Source: Zootoca vivipara
Taxonomy: Eukaryota
DNA length: 64,000 nucleotides
Assembly: GCF_963506605.1 (NCBI RefSeq)
Contig: NC_083286.1
Span: 24,986,001 to 25,050,000, forward strand
Direction: 5' to 3'
Shown one piece after another: positions 40,150 through 53,323 of the stretch (position 1 is the stretch's first letter; each line of letters begins with the position of its first letter). The position numbers were made by a program, and so were the translations under genes. The notes under the pieces were generated by a model that made no database searches, had not been told where the DNA came from, and worked only from the letters and a program-made list of their open reading frames with translations.

Positions 40150-43100
40150 CAGAACTGAATCTGGTACCCACTGTGTTCAACATAAATTAATTTAAAGTCA
40201 TAGCATCTGAAAGATTTTATTCATATTATCTACCGCTCCCCAACCCCCCAAAAATCCTAACACTGCTCTGATTTATGTGAAGTTCAAGTAGCTATGTTTG
40301 AAATATCATTAAAACACATTTTCCCTGAGATAATTATTAGTGTTATTGGCAGGATTCCATACTTCGAACATAATGAATAATGTATGTAAAGAAATTGGTT
40401 CCTAGATTTCTTGTGGTATTGAAGCAGTGAAATAATATATAAACAGAATCTCTAAATGAATTTTCAGTTCAGTTCAGTCCTTAGCTGTATTTATGCTAGG
40501 CCATTCACTTTAAATTTAGTAAATGAAATGTTAATGTTTATATTTTTCTCAAATTTATTTGCTCTTTTGCAGTATTATGATCACTTTATGAAAGCAATAG
40601 ACCTATTAAAGTCACTTCTTAAAAATCATGTTTATTCCATTAGGCATTATGAGAGAGAAAAAGAGAGACATTATTTTAAAATTTAAGATACTAATCGGAG
40701 GAACTTAAATTTTTCATGGGCATCGTCTCATGAGGTTTCCAGACCTGCACAGAGAACTACAGTATAGATAATGAATGCAAGAGCTGAAGAAGTGGTGAGT
40801 TTAATGAGTATAACATGACTGGGTATTTCTGAACAACATTCGCCAATGTCATGTATAGCTAATTTCCAAGACTAATTGTATTGTATTTAGCTCACACAAA
40901 TCTGCAGAAAAACAGAGCTTATGAGAGGCTATTATTGCCTGCCATGGCTAGATGCTAGAAGGAGGTCAATGATGCCACTGTTTTGCATATCGTATAACAG
41001 CTTTTCAATATTCCCATTTAACAATCCCCCTGGCTGCAGAATCCTACATATTTCATAAATCACTTTTTGCTACAGTAGATCCTTGAAAAGTCTGCTTTTG
41101 ATTCTGCCTCCTTAAAAAAAGACGAAGAATGTTGCATTTCATTTTCCTTTCAGTTTGATTTTGATTTGTGGGTAGCTCAACTCAACTCAACACTCTACTT
41201 AAAAAAAGAAAGAAAACACAACCACAATCGCAACTAGGAAATAAAGAAAAAGAAAACCCCAGGATTTATCAAAGGACAAAAATGGGCCTTCCTTAAATCA
41301 ACAATGCTTTGACGTGAAGTCACTGTTGATTCTGTACAATTCCAATTTAAAATGGATTGGACAATTGCCTTCCCCCATACAGAGCGTCATGCAAAGGAAC
41401 AAATTGCTACGGCGCGGCGAAATGTTGTTTTGAGAATATTTCCATGGGAAGAGTTAAAAAACAACAGCCTGCATATTAAATATTTAGATTGCCAGCACGC
41501 TGCTGTTCTCAACATCTTCACTGTCAGCGTCCTGGTCTCTGTGTGTCTGGCGGTTATAACCTTGCCATATTGACACATGCTGTAAAGAGACATTTAAGAA
41601 TACAGGAATGTGCCACAACTCGGCACGACTCATTTGCACCAATCACACATACTTGTTAATAACAGAGCCAACTCGGAAGGCTCCTGTGGGGGATTTGTTG
41701 TGCAGCATCTTTGGCTGCAAGGCGAGCGGCTGAAAACTTTGCGCTCGTTTGCTTCAAACCCCTTGATCAGCCCACACCCAATTTTAACGAGCACGCTGCC
41801 ACTCATTATGTTAAATCTTCTTTAACAAGCTTCGGAGACGATAGACGGTTCAGCGCGAGCAGGCAAAACAACCAAAGACTTCCCAAATCTCTTCCTTTTA
41901 CAGGGTGCACTGAAATTGAAATGGAGCCTTTTGAGCACTATAGAGTAGGAGGAGGTGGTTGGATGGTGGCGGTGTTGGAGGAGGAAAGAGTATTTTGCCC
42001 CACAGTTCAGCAAGAATTGGCAAGAATTCACAGCAAAGATGCGGCATAAAGGAGAGTGCTTATGTAAATGGATTGGAAAGGATTCACATCAGTGAACAGA
42101 GCCACGCTTGGGTTAACTGCATCAATACTCCACTTTATTTGTTTTAAAGCTCATTTCGAATGGCAGATAGTTGACTCTGAAATAAATGAATTGATCTCAG
42201 CCTACCTTATTCATTATTAAGTCTTGGTGGCGGGAGGCCATCTCGTAATGTAGCAACTACCACCTCGCCTCTGCACCCCGCTGGAAGCATTTTTCTGTGC
42301 AGTTTCAATCCAGAAACTAGCAGACACAGAAAAATTGACCTGTTGACCAAAATGGCACTGAAACGGAATGACCCGTGTGTGGGACTTTGAATACACACAG
42401 AACAGGCTTCAGTTTCATCTTCCACATGCCTGCATCAACTAGATAAACCCCACAGTGTTCTTAAAACCTGCAGGGGATGCTCTGCTCTTTGTCCCGTCAA
42501 ATCTGTGATGTTTAACTGATGGAGGCAAAGGCCAGGGTTTTATCTGTCACTCATTCCACCGTCCCTCTGGAACTCTGTCCTGAATCAAGTTTGCAAACTC
42601 CTACTGTATTTAGGAAGCAGATGAAATCCTCTCTTTTAAAATGAGATTTGGGACTATGAATGAACACTGTTGCTTTTCATTGAATGCTCTGATGTTGTTT
42701 TATTGATTTCTATATTTTTATAGTATTCTATTGTATTTATATGGGTGTTTAATTGTACACTGCCTCGAGTGTGCTCTCCTGGGAAAGCAACAAATTAAAT
42801 TTTAAAATTCTAAGTAAATAAATATACATGGGAATCCAGAGAGGAGACCAAGCATCCCAAAGTGTCTTAGACAAGCTGGTAGAACACAATTACTCCCATT
42901 AGGAAAATCTTCTGCAATTAATCAGGGCTGGCCCTGCCATTAGACCGAGGCGGCTGCCTCAGGTGGCTGATTTTGTGTGTTATGAAAGGGCAGACAGTTA
43001 GTTATTTAATTTTTCTGCCACAGGAACCAAAAAAACCCTGACTGGACTTGGGGGACTGTGCATCTTGACTTGCAGGAAGGTGTGTGTCACTATTTGCTAT

Positions 43101-43449
43101 TCTGCCTCAGGCAGCAAAATATATTGGACCTGCCCTGAGTGAAGTTATTCTTATCCCCACATTCCATTTACATTGCTGCAGGAGACAGTAAGATCTAGGA
43201 GAAGGGAAAGAAATGCCTGATTACTGGTGGATCATTTCCCCTTCAAGAACAAGGTGAGCTGCTTTCCTCTGTTATTCCTGCTGTTCTATTATTTATCTGC
43301 TCTAAATTGCCTGTTGATCACCTTCTAAATTGGCAGGCCCGTTGATCACCATCTAAAAAACAATTGCATGGTTTGCCACTCACTGGCAAGGAACTCCAGT
43401 GGCAAGTTGATAAAGGGGCATATATCAAGACTCACACCCCAGCAGAGGG

Positions 43450-43558
43450 CATGGGCGTAGCCAGGGGACAGCTGCTCCCCTAAATCAATCAAAATCAATT
43501 CAAATCAATACAAATATGAGGTTCTGACCCCCTAACAAAAATCCTGTCTACGCCCATA
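43450..43558. mobile_element. Small hAT MITE
   Basis: TIR CATGGGCGTAGCCAGG / CCTGTCTACGCCCATA; TSD GCAGAGGG. Confidence 0.85.
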
Positions 43559-43968
43559 GCAGAGGGACCCCTGCCAATCTCAGTGATTTGTTTACCCTGC
43601 CTTCTACGCTTGCTTGTTGTCACTAACTGTTCTCCTTTGTGCTTGGCAGTGGCAGGAGCAAGGAGAAGGAGCAGAGGTCTCCATCTCCATTGTCCTTTCC
43701 ATCAGAACAGTGTTGTGGATTTTGTCCAGAGAGTCAGGGCCAAGGGATGGGCATCAACAACAGTAATGACATATAGAGGGTGGGAAGCTTCTTAGAGAGG
43801 GGGGCAACTTGACCCACAGGAAATGGAGGAAGATAAGGATCTGGCCTTTTACCTGGACCTAGTTCCTTACTGCTGCCCTAAGAGTGTATTGCCCAGGATC
43901 TCTTTGAAAATCCGGGGCCAAACCTGGGTAGGTGCTCCTCCTATTTTCAAGCAGACCTGCAGGCGAGT

Positions 43969-44319
43969 GGGATGCGGGTGGCGCTATGGTCTAAACCACA
44001 GAGCCTAGGGCTTGCCAATCAAAAGGTTGGCGGTTTGAATCCCCGCGATGGGGTGAGCTCCCGTTGCTTGGTCCCTGCTCCTGCCCACCTAGCAGTTCGA
44101 AAGCACGTCAAAGTGCAAGTAGATAAATAGGTACCGCTCTGGTGGGAAGGTAAACGGTGTTTCCATGCGCTGCTCTGGTTCGCTAGAAGTGGGTTAGTCA
44201 TGCTGGCCACATGACCCGGAAGCTGTACGGCAGCTCCCCCAGCCAATAAAGCGAGATGAGCACTGCAACCCCAGAGTCATCCACAACTGGACCTAGCGAT
44301 TAGGGTCCCTTTACCTTTA
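43969..44319 (+). mobile_element. Sauria SINE
   Basis: Family match; TSD CTGCAGGCRAGT (43957, 44320). Confidence 0.92.
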
Positions 44320-45261
44320 CTGCAGGCAAGTGAATATGCCAGAGGCGGATGCTTTCATGCAATTCCTGTGCTCCTCTTCATGTTTGTGGGTTGCAAAAGC
44401 ATCACAGAACAACACGAGAAGGCACCGAGACAAGGAAAGGCAAACTGGGTAGGCAAATGACAAACAGTGCCAGCGCAGGCCCCCTCTAAATTAACGACCA
44501 TCTTTAAACTCCAGGAGATCATTTCTGACACCATGAATAGCTTTATATCACTCCTGGCATAATCATGAGCTCTGCTACCTGTTTATCAGACAGCAAAGCT
44601 TTTGCAATGACAGGGAGGGGTGGAGGGGTGGGATGATATAAATTAAGACGGAAATCAGCTGTGTGTTTGCAAAGGCTGCTTCCAAAGAAACGTTCCCTCC
44701 TGTGTGATTCCTTGTCTTGAGTAAAGGACAGCTTGTGAGTCATCTGCAAAACGACATCCTACCCTTTGTGTATACAGTAGTTCTGTCTTTGGAGTGCCTA
44801 ATGATCCCCACTAAACAAATTATTCTCTATAATTTGCTTGTGTTATATTATGAGAAAAGCATCCTGTGCGTCTGGTAATGTTACCTTTGGAGGAAAGGAA
44901 AACTCTGGCTAAACATGTTGCTTTTTCTTATGAGCAAGCTGCCTTTTATTATTACAGGGAGAGGAAACTTCATTGAACCCACTGCAGGCTGGTCCATTAG
45001 GGAGAATGAGGCACTGCCCTTGCCAGCGTCACTATGCCTTCAGCAAGTCCCCGTCTGCCCGTCTTTTTATATCCAGTCCAGAGGGCGGCACTGGTTCTCA
45101 GCTTCCTCCTCATTGGTCTTAGTGCTGCCGTCGTAGAACTCAGTAGGGAGGAGGATGGGAACTAGTTGGCGCCACCTGTTATTGGTTTTGGCCTTGCCCA
45201 TATTGCCACCCTGCCAGTCCTAGTGGGCATCAGCCACCATGGCTTAAATCGGGTCAGACCA

Positions 45262-45661
45262 TAGGAGTCTCCCCACTTACGCGCGTTTGACTCACACGCA
45301 CAACCGCGTATGCTTTTGGCACCAGGAAAGGATTAAATAAATTGATTTAAATTGCAAAAGGGCTTCAAAAAGGGCAAAAATGGCACCCAAAGAGTGGGAA
45401 AACTGCAAAAATGGGGCAAAAGGCATGGGGAAGCGGCTAGCAACCCCAGGAGACTTTGCAAATGCAATCTCAGGAGCCTTTGCACACTGACCTTTGAGGC
45501 CTGTGGAGAGCTGGAATTTGAGAAAGGAAGTTTTGGAGTTAGTGGTGGTGGTGGAGTTTGGAGGATTTTTGTGGATTTTTGGTGTTCCCCACGATAAGCG
45601 GTTTCAAGTATATGTGTGGTACCTAGGAACATAGCCCCATGCATAAGTGGGGAGACCCCTG
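45262..45661. mobile_element. Older Tc1/mariner-type non-autonomous element
   Basis: Inverted termini AGGAGTCTCCCCACTTACGC / GCATAAGTGGGGAGACCCCTG|TA. Confidence 0.7.
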
Positions 45662-46532
45662 TATTTATCCAGCTAGCCTAGTACTGTCTACTCTCAGTGG
45701 TGGTAGTGGTCATCTTCCCCTACTCTGGCTACCTGATCCTTTTATCCAGAGAGGCCAGGGATTAAACCTGCAACATTATGCTTGCAAAGCACACATTCTG
45801 CTACTCCGCAATAGTCCAATCCTAACGACTGCCCTCCTGCCCCAATACACTTTCCAAGGTCTGTGAAAACTGTAAAAACCCATCCATCGTAAATCTGACG
45901 TTTCGTCGAGCCGTCAGACAATTTGCAAACCTCTGTGGAAGGCTACAAATATTTTGAAGTCTCTGTGTTGAGACCTTTGCATCAAATTTCCATGTTCCCA
46001 TAGAGGAAGGAAAAACAAACAAACAAAAACCTCCCACTCTATTAAATCTTGACATTATAGCTGTAGGTTGCTGAGATCTTTTTTTATTCTTCATTGCATT
46101 TGCAATCAATGAGAACATTTTACCCTTAATTGCTATTTAATACCATTTGCTTCTGCCATTTGAAACATGCCGTTTTGAGTGAGCAGATCAGTCCAAAGTT
46201 GAAAAAGAGACAGCCAATTTATTTCCAAGGAAGGCGAGCGTGTGCCAGCTAGCATCTCAATCCTCTTCCTCCCGAAACATGATGTCAGTGTCTATGTTTC
46301 TCTAGTATGTTGAATCCATGTGTCATCATTCTGTAGAGCAGCTAATTTTGGGAGTGTGCATCATATATGAATGAATTTGAGATGGGTATTCTTAAAAATC
46401 GTACATTTTTGACTGTCCATGTGAAGAGAAAGGATTCCTCATACAGTACTGGACTCAACATTTGTTGCTGTCTTTGAATCTGCAGCACCACCCCACCCAG
46501 CCACCTGATCATTCATATAGAATCATTTAACG

Positions 46533-46680
46533 TGAGGATGGCTCAGTTAGTAGAGCACGAGGCACTTAATCTCGGGGTCGTGGGTTTGAGCCCCACATTG
46601 GGCGAAAGATTTCTGTATTGCAGGGGGGTGCCACTAGAGGATGCCTGTGGTCCCTTTCAGTTTTACAGTTCTATTATTTC
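46533..46680 (+). mobile_element. tRNA-Lys-derived SINE with CR1 tail
   Basis: GGCTCAGTTAGTAGAGCACGAGGCACTTAATCTCGGGGTCGTGGGTTTGAGCCCCACATTGGGCG, followed by a degenerate CR1 end. Confidence 0.8.
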
Positions 46681-47365
46681 TGTGTACTTGACAAGCCTTA
46701 AATATCAAGGATGCTAAGAAGAAGAGGGAGTCAGGGGATTCAGCGTAATCTCAGTATTTGGATTTTGAACTGATGTTTGTTGTGTGTTTAGATTTTTTTA
46801 AATCAAATAAAAATACATAAAATAAAATAAAGAGATGGCCAAGTATGTGGCATTGCCACATAAAGGAAATAGCTGGACATCCTATGGGCATTTCCCCGCT
46901 TTTCTGGTTGGAGGTAATGTCATCAAGGACTTTGTGTGAAAGGGAACAATGCACTGGTGGCCTCTGAACTGGGTCTGCATGGGACACACAAGCTTGGCTT
47001 GCTCTCCCTGAGAAACCAATGCACTAGAGAACCCTCCCCCCAAATCAGTGGGGGAGCAAGATACGTTGGAGTACTAATGCTGTGAACCCTTTTTGTTCAG
47101 ACAGGCTTTCCCAGCTGTATAAATAGGTCTTTGCCATGAGTGTCTTACTTTGTTAGGGTCTCAGCCTTGTTTAAAATGTATTTGCTGTTTGGTTGTGTTT
47201 TTTTAAAATAAAAAAATCTGTTTTTAAAATATGTAAATTGCCTTGTGATGGTTGCTTAGAAAGCGATTAATAAATCCATGATGATGATGGATTTCATCTT
47301 ACGTGCAGCCTGTTTGTAGTGTAAATAAAACCCTATATCCTAAATATTCCATTGGTCTCCAGTAG

Positions 47366-47771
47366 CATAGCTGCCAAGTCTCCCGCTGAAAAATGCGGGG
47401 TCAGCAGCGGCGCGGCAACGGAAGTCGCTTCTACGCATGTCCGGACATGCGTAGAAGCGGCTTCCGGTGCTGCGCTACCCATGTATGGGCACCGGAAATC
47501 AGGCTACGCTGGCACCGGAAGTCGCTTCTGGTGCCGCTCTACCCAATTTTCGGTGCCCAGGCATGGGCAGAGCGGCACTGGAAGTCGCTTCTACGCATGT
47601 CCAGACAGAAGCAACTTCTAGTGCCGCGCTACCCATGTCTGGGCATCGGAAATCGGGCGGCAGGTAGGAGATCCAGGGGATTTATGGGATTTTTCCCAAT
47701 CCGGGCTGCCAGCGAAAAATGGTTTAAAATACGGGGGTTTCCCACGAAAAATGGGAGACTTGGCAGCTATG
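47366..47771. mobile_element. CpG-rich hAT non-autonomous element
   Basis: Perfect 19-bp TIR CATAGCTGCCAAGTCTCCC; 8-bp TSD TCCAGTAG; internal GGAAGTCGCTTCT repeats. Confidence 0.92.
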
Positions 47772-48959
47772 TCCAGTAGGGATGTAATCTGATTTTTGGT
47801 ACCAGTTTGGATTACGATTCAACAGGCACATTACCCATATGGTTTCTGTTCACTTCTCACGTCACTTTTTAAAAATTATTCCTGATCCAGTGCTTTGCTT
47901 TTTGAAAATCATGCTATTGTTTATGTTTTTGACAATGATTTCAGAGCTGTCTGCAAACTCGGTTAGCTGGTAATTGCCTACTGAAGTATGTCTCTTGCCT
48001 CAGGGTTACTGTCTGTTCAAGTGAGGATGAAGAGGTGATGGACCTCGCCACTCTGGAGTTAGTGTTCTTTGTCAATTTTTTTCTTGTCAGGTAGCTGGCA
48101 TATTAACAACTTACAATGTCAGGCAAAATAAGCGACCCGTTGCATTGATTGTTGGTTTGTATTTTGCAAAATGAAATCCCCACGCCTTCTCCCTGTACAG
48201 AGACTGACTCTTCCTTGAGAATGACAACTAAAGTAAGGCCTCCCTTGCACCCTTGTTCAGCGTCAATATTTTAGGATGGAGAGATTTCTTCTTTTGGTGA
48301 CTGCACACTCAGTATTTCCCCTGCACTTCTAACCAGAAAGAGTGATGGCCACAGAATGTGGAGGCTCCACTGGAGACAGTTTTTTTTTAAAAAAAGTAGT
48401 ACTGCTGGAATGGTAATGAATTGCTGGGAGAGTGGCTTAATGGCTAGGAATCTAGTAGGGTGGTTTGGGGAAATTAAAATTGGCTGAATTTATATATAAA
48501 AGCGATTGTGCGCAGGGGAGAGCATCTCTCAGAAATTGTACTGATTTTGAGGATGAACTAGTGGCAAATGAGTGGTGGTGAAGAAGGAGGGCAGTAAAAT
48601 GAATTTTATAGGGGCAGGGCAAGTTCTAGAATGAGATAAATTTCAGGGCCCTTTGTGTTTATGATTTCCCCTGTTACCACAAAAAAACAAACAACAAAAA
48701 ACCCCAACAAAAAACAGTTCACATTGTTCAAGCATAGCTTGCAAGGTGTGCTTAGGATTCCTGACTCAACCCATTGTCAAACTTTGCCCAGAAAAAAGAA
48801 CCACCCCACCACCACCTCAGTTTGTATTTTTGCATGGATCAATAGTGAAAAGTAAGAATTAACCATTTATTATAATGTTATAATAATAACCATTTATTAT
48901 AATGTTATAATAAATAATGCAATAATGTTATTACAAAAGAAATGCACCAGACCTGCATT

Positions 48960-49203
48960 GTGTGGTGTAGTGGTTAAGAGCGGTAGACTTGTAATCTGGG
49001 GAACTGGGTTCGCGTCTCCGCTCCTCCACATGCAGCTGCTGGGTGACCTTGGGCTAGTCACACTTCTCTGAAGTCTCTCAGCCTCACTCACCTCACAGGG
49101 TGTCTGTTGTGGGGGAGGAGGGGAAAGGAGATTGTTAGCCGCTTTGAGACTCCTTCGGGTAGTGATAAAGCGGGATATCAAATCCAAACTTCTTCTTCTT
49201 CTT
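48960..49203 (+). mobile_element. Squam3-like tRNA SINE
   Basis: Near-identical to the 27188 copy; (CTT)n tail. Confidence 0.85.
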
Positions 49204-50590
49204 TAGCACTCACAAAAAAACACATAAAACCCATTTCTGGTTACATTAACAAATATCAAAGATTCACATTAAGACATAATACGATGACTACGCTTTCTGT
49301 GAGCGTTTTGTTAAGTCACAGGGGACCAAAAAGGTTAACAATAAAACGATGAATGTTAATGGTGGTTAATGGTTAACATAATCACTTCAACAGGGAATCA
49401 ATGAGACAGAAATTAGCTAATGCACATTGCAGCAGTACCTAGTTAGCAGAGTTAAGACCAAGCATTGGTGATGATGGTAGGTAACTAAATAGCATTGAAA
49501 CAAATGTAATCATATTTGGAAACCCTCGCCCCCCCTTCTCTACATCCCCTCCCCTCCTGGAATTGGGAATTATTCAGAAAGTCACTGCATGCAATACCAC
49601 TTTGCAAAGATCGTGGGCAAGCAGATCATGGACCAGTTTGATGTTTCCTTCTGCTTGCAGCGAATTTTCCCACCATCTCTTCTTGTCTCCAGTGACCTTC
49701 ATTCCAAGGAAACCAATCCAAGGGACTGGGGTGAAATCTCTGGAACCTGCTACAACTTGGAGTCTGGTACACATAATAGTACAGAACAATATCAGTGTGT
49801 GTGTATATATATACCAATAGCACCTTTGTGTGATTTCTCCTTTTTCTTCAGATCCTCTATATTCCCCCTTCGACTTTTGATAAAAAATAAAAACACAGTG
49901 ACAGCAAATACACATTTTGGGAATCCTCTTGCAATAGGAGTGCTTTGCTTCGCAGGGACCCATGCCTGCTAAAAAGCCGCCTGTGTGACAGGGCCAGGAC
50001 GACCGTGTGCCCTTATCCCTCCAATCACTGTCATAGCTCCTTCACATTTGGATTGACCTTAATGTAATACAATCCTTTAATGGAACTTTATCACCTCACA
50101 ATTGATGGGTGAGATTGCTTGCATGAAAGCAGCTTTTCATCCCAGTCACACACTGGGTGAAAAGCTTACATGGCGGGCAAACATTTAGCCTTCTCCCTGA
50201 TGTATTTATTTCAGGGTTAGGATTTTGACTGGGGAATGAGGGTGTTATGAATCAGTTTCTTCAGCTCCCGCCTTCCTCGTGAGGTAGAACCACTGGGAGG
50301 TGCAGTTTATAAACGAAGTAGCACCACCACCACCACCCACATTTTATTGCAATAGGCTGAACACATAGAAATTCAAACTTACCGTGTCTTAAAGGGCGGA
50401 GAGACTGGCCCGTGCCAGCTCTCCTCTGAGCAGTTCAGTCGGCAGAAAAGTCAGTGTGGGTGAGATTGCCCAAGTGAAATCTCATTACTCACCTCCAAGT
50501 TTCTAATTCAAGGCATTTATTAAAGGTTCACAAGCAAGGCAGATGAGAGAAACAGTTGCACTGAAACAAAATGAAGCAGCTCTTTAACGA

Positions 50591-50808
50591 GCTAAGCAGA
50601 AGGCCTTTTCGGTAGTGGTGCCTGCCCTGTGGAACGCCCTCCCAGCGGATGTCAAACAGATAAACAACTATGTGATTTTCAAAAGACATCTGAAGGCAGC
50701 CCTGTACAGGGAAGCTTTTAGAGAGTGATGTTGTATTGTGCTTTTTGCTGTTTTTGCTGGTGGCTGGGGCAACCCAGTCAGATGGGCAGAATAATGATGA
50801 TGATGATG
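50591..50808 (+). mobile_element. L2-clade 3' fragment
   Basis: CCCTGTGGAACGCCCTCCC...AGACATCTGAAGGCAGCCCTG shared with the other L2 copies. Confidence 0.85.
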
Positions 50809-51219
50809 TTCTAAAATCAGGTTGCTTCCAATGGGGGTTTAGCACTGGATCTGAAACATTTGGCTCAGTGTCTGAATCTGGATTATCCAATCCTTTTAAA
50901 GTCAGATTATCCTGTCATTGGCAGCAGGTGGTGTGTGTGTTTTTAAATCAGATTTCCCCTGGAAAAGGTAAAACTGGAATAAATGGAGTGGTGGTGGTGA
51001 TATGGGCTGCTATTTTGATGATGACATCATGCGGATGCTGCAAAAATCTTGCATGCATGGGGAGCAGCAATCCCACAATGAAACCCATGTGGAAGCACCC
51101 TCAGTTCATGTAATGTACAGACGGTTGTAGCCAATGTTCATTCTACTCAGAGTAGACTGATGCAAAATCAAATATTTGTCTTCCAAGTAATGTTTCCAGT
51201 ACTTGTACTTTGTTTAGAT

Positions 51220-51736
51220 CAGGGATGGGGAACCTGTGGCCTTCCAGATTTTTGGACTCTATATCCTATCTGCCCCAGCCAGCAGGGCCACTAGGTAAAG
51301 GTAAAGAACCCCTGGACGGTTAAGTCCAGTCAAAGGCGACTACAGCATGGGGTTGCGGCACTCATCTCACTTTACAGGCCAAGGGGAGCCGGCGTTTGTC
51401 CACAGAGAGCTTTCCACGTCATGTGGCCAGCATGATTAAACTGCTTCTGGCCCAACGGAACACTGTGACAGAAGCCAGAGCGCATGGAAAAGCCGTTTAC
51501 CTTCCCGCCTATTTATCTCCCTGCAAGGGCGTGCTTTCGAACTGCTAGGTTGGCAGGAGCCGGGACAGAGCAGCAGGAGCTCACCCCATCACGGGGATTC
51601 AAACCCCCGACCTTCTGATTGGCAAGCCCAAGAGGCTCAGTGGTTTAGACCACAGCGCCACCCGCAGGGCCACTAGTAAGCAGTGATTGGAGTGGCAATC
51701 CAAGAACATCAGGAGAGGCACAGATTCCTCACCCTG
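51220..51736. mobile_element. Old hAT MITE hosting a Sauria SINE
   Basis: CAGGGATGGGGAACCTGTGG ... CACAGATTCCTCACCCTG; approximate TSD GTTTAGAT/GTTTTAAT. Confidence 0.65.
51295..51663 (-). mobile_element. Sauria SINE (more divergent subfamily)
   Basis: Family match; TSD GCAGGGCCACTAG (51282, 51664). Confidence 0.9.
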
Positions 51737-52404
51737 GTTTTAATCTCTATGCCAGAGATCTTAGACCAGACACCTAGTCCAGTCTCAAGAGTTCTGGCCA
51801 TTTGCAATGTCTCATTAAAATAAGTTTCTGAGTGAAGTTGACCAATGCAAGACTGCACATTTTTAGTGCACTGTCCAGATTAGCCTCCACCACTTGCCTT
51901 AGAATATTGTTCCTCAACCTAATAGGTCTTCTTGGCTGGCAGGTTCCCCCCCCCCCATAGCAAACCTACATTTACTTTACAATTTCTCATCAGTTAGTTT
52001 CATGTTCAGGATCTTAAGCTGTTTCATCCTGTTCCAATATTTACTTTTCAGATTTTTCAGCGGATTGTTAGAAGCCAACAAAAAGACTCATCAATGCTAT
52101 GTAAAGGGGGGGAAATTAAGCAATGCCATTATTATTTGTTTTTAAATTACAATATTTGGATTTGTTCTTTTAACTTCTCCAACTGTCCTTTGCATTCTTT
52201 GTATAAATCTAAATAGCAAAATTGGTTCTGCCTCCCAGATTAAATTCATGGTGAATTTAAGAAGGCATATTTGACCAGGTAAAAAGGTATAGAAAAAGTG
52301 CTCTACAGTGCGCACAGTATTCTTGATACTGCTTGATGTTGGAAATTACTTGCATAAAACATGGACACGTTCCATCCATACCCAAATGGGTGCAGCTGCA
52401 TGAG

Positions 52405-52600
52405 AAAGGGCTATGGCTCAGTGGTAGAATATCTGTTTTACATTAGGAAGGTCCCAGGTTCAATCTCTGACATCTACAGTCATCTACCGACTGGGAGAGG
52501 CCTCTGTCTGACTCCGGGAAAGCCACTTCCAGTCAGTGTAGACAGTACTGAGCTAGATAGATCCAATGGTCTGATTCCAAATACAGAAACTTTCTATCAT
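52405..52600 (+). mobile_element. tRNA-derived SINE (Squam2-like)
   Basis: GGCTCAGTGGTAGA A box, GGTTCAATC B box, CCAGTCAGTGTAGACAGTACTGAGCTAGAT body. Confidence 0.7.
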
Positions 52601-52976
52601 TTCTGCTGTCCCTGGGGCTGGGGGGGTGTATAAGGGTTCCTTAGAGAAGAAGAACTGCAGTATACCAGACCATCATTGCTAAAGGGAAGCCCCTGATAAT
52701 CTTTCTTATCTCAATGGAGTCTCTTCCCGCTCAGTCTGGGAGCATGTTATCATGGTATGTACACAACCCTGGTATGGATCACATCGGAAAACCATTGCAT
52801 ATCAGAGTTTTTCCTGCTTTGGCAAAGCACCTTTTGCCACTTGGCAAGGCATCCAGTTCAAATTACTGTTGCAGGAAACAGATTTATGGGATGCCATATG
52901 TCCTCTTTTTCCAGGACACGTCCTCTTTTTCATGGGTAGAGTTGTCATAGCGATCCATAGTTAAAACTAGAAATTG

Positions 52977-53323
52977 GCGAATGGCAAACCAAGTTGATGG
53001 ACTATGGTGAAATGGCAAAATTGATTGGGAAGCTCAGAAATCAAGAAAACAAGAACTTTAAAAAAGAATGGGAAAAGTTTATAATTTATATATGAGACCA
53101 TTGTAAGCAGGTTAAAACATTGGCAGGATTTTTATATAATTTAGATAATTTAGAAGGATAAAAATTTGGATAAGTATTGATATGCAGTTGGCAATATTAC
53201 CATTAGGACTCATGGAAGGGAAGTCAGGAGATTCAGGGTAATCTCGATATTTGGATTCTGAATTTTTTGTTGTTGTATGTTTACATTTTTGAAAATCAAA
53301 TGAAAATGATATATAAGAAAAGC
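52977..53323 (+). mobile_element. L1 extreme 3' fragment inside a hAT-like relic (~52885-53379)
   Basis: Peptide EWQTKLMDYGEMAKL...FKKEWEKFIIY (L1 ORF2 end); TSD AACTAGAAA (52965, 53324); GTCCTCTTTTT host repeats on both sides. Confidence 0.75.

Noticed and set aside
46533-46604. tRNA-Lys gene
   Set aside because: The acceptor stem and T-loop are mutated and it runs directly into a CR1-type tail, so it is a SINE head.
47393-47779. Repeat-spacer (CRISPR-like) array or GC-rich coding region
   Set aside because: The DNA is eukaryotic, the units are irregular internal palindromes, and they sit between hAT TIRs and a TSD.
48868-48915. Short direct repeats (also 34248-34290 and 5602-5663)
   Set aside because: Ordinary two-copy slippage duplications.
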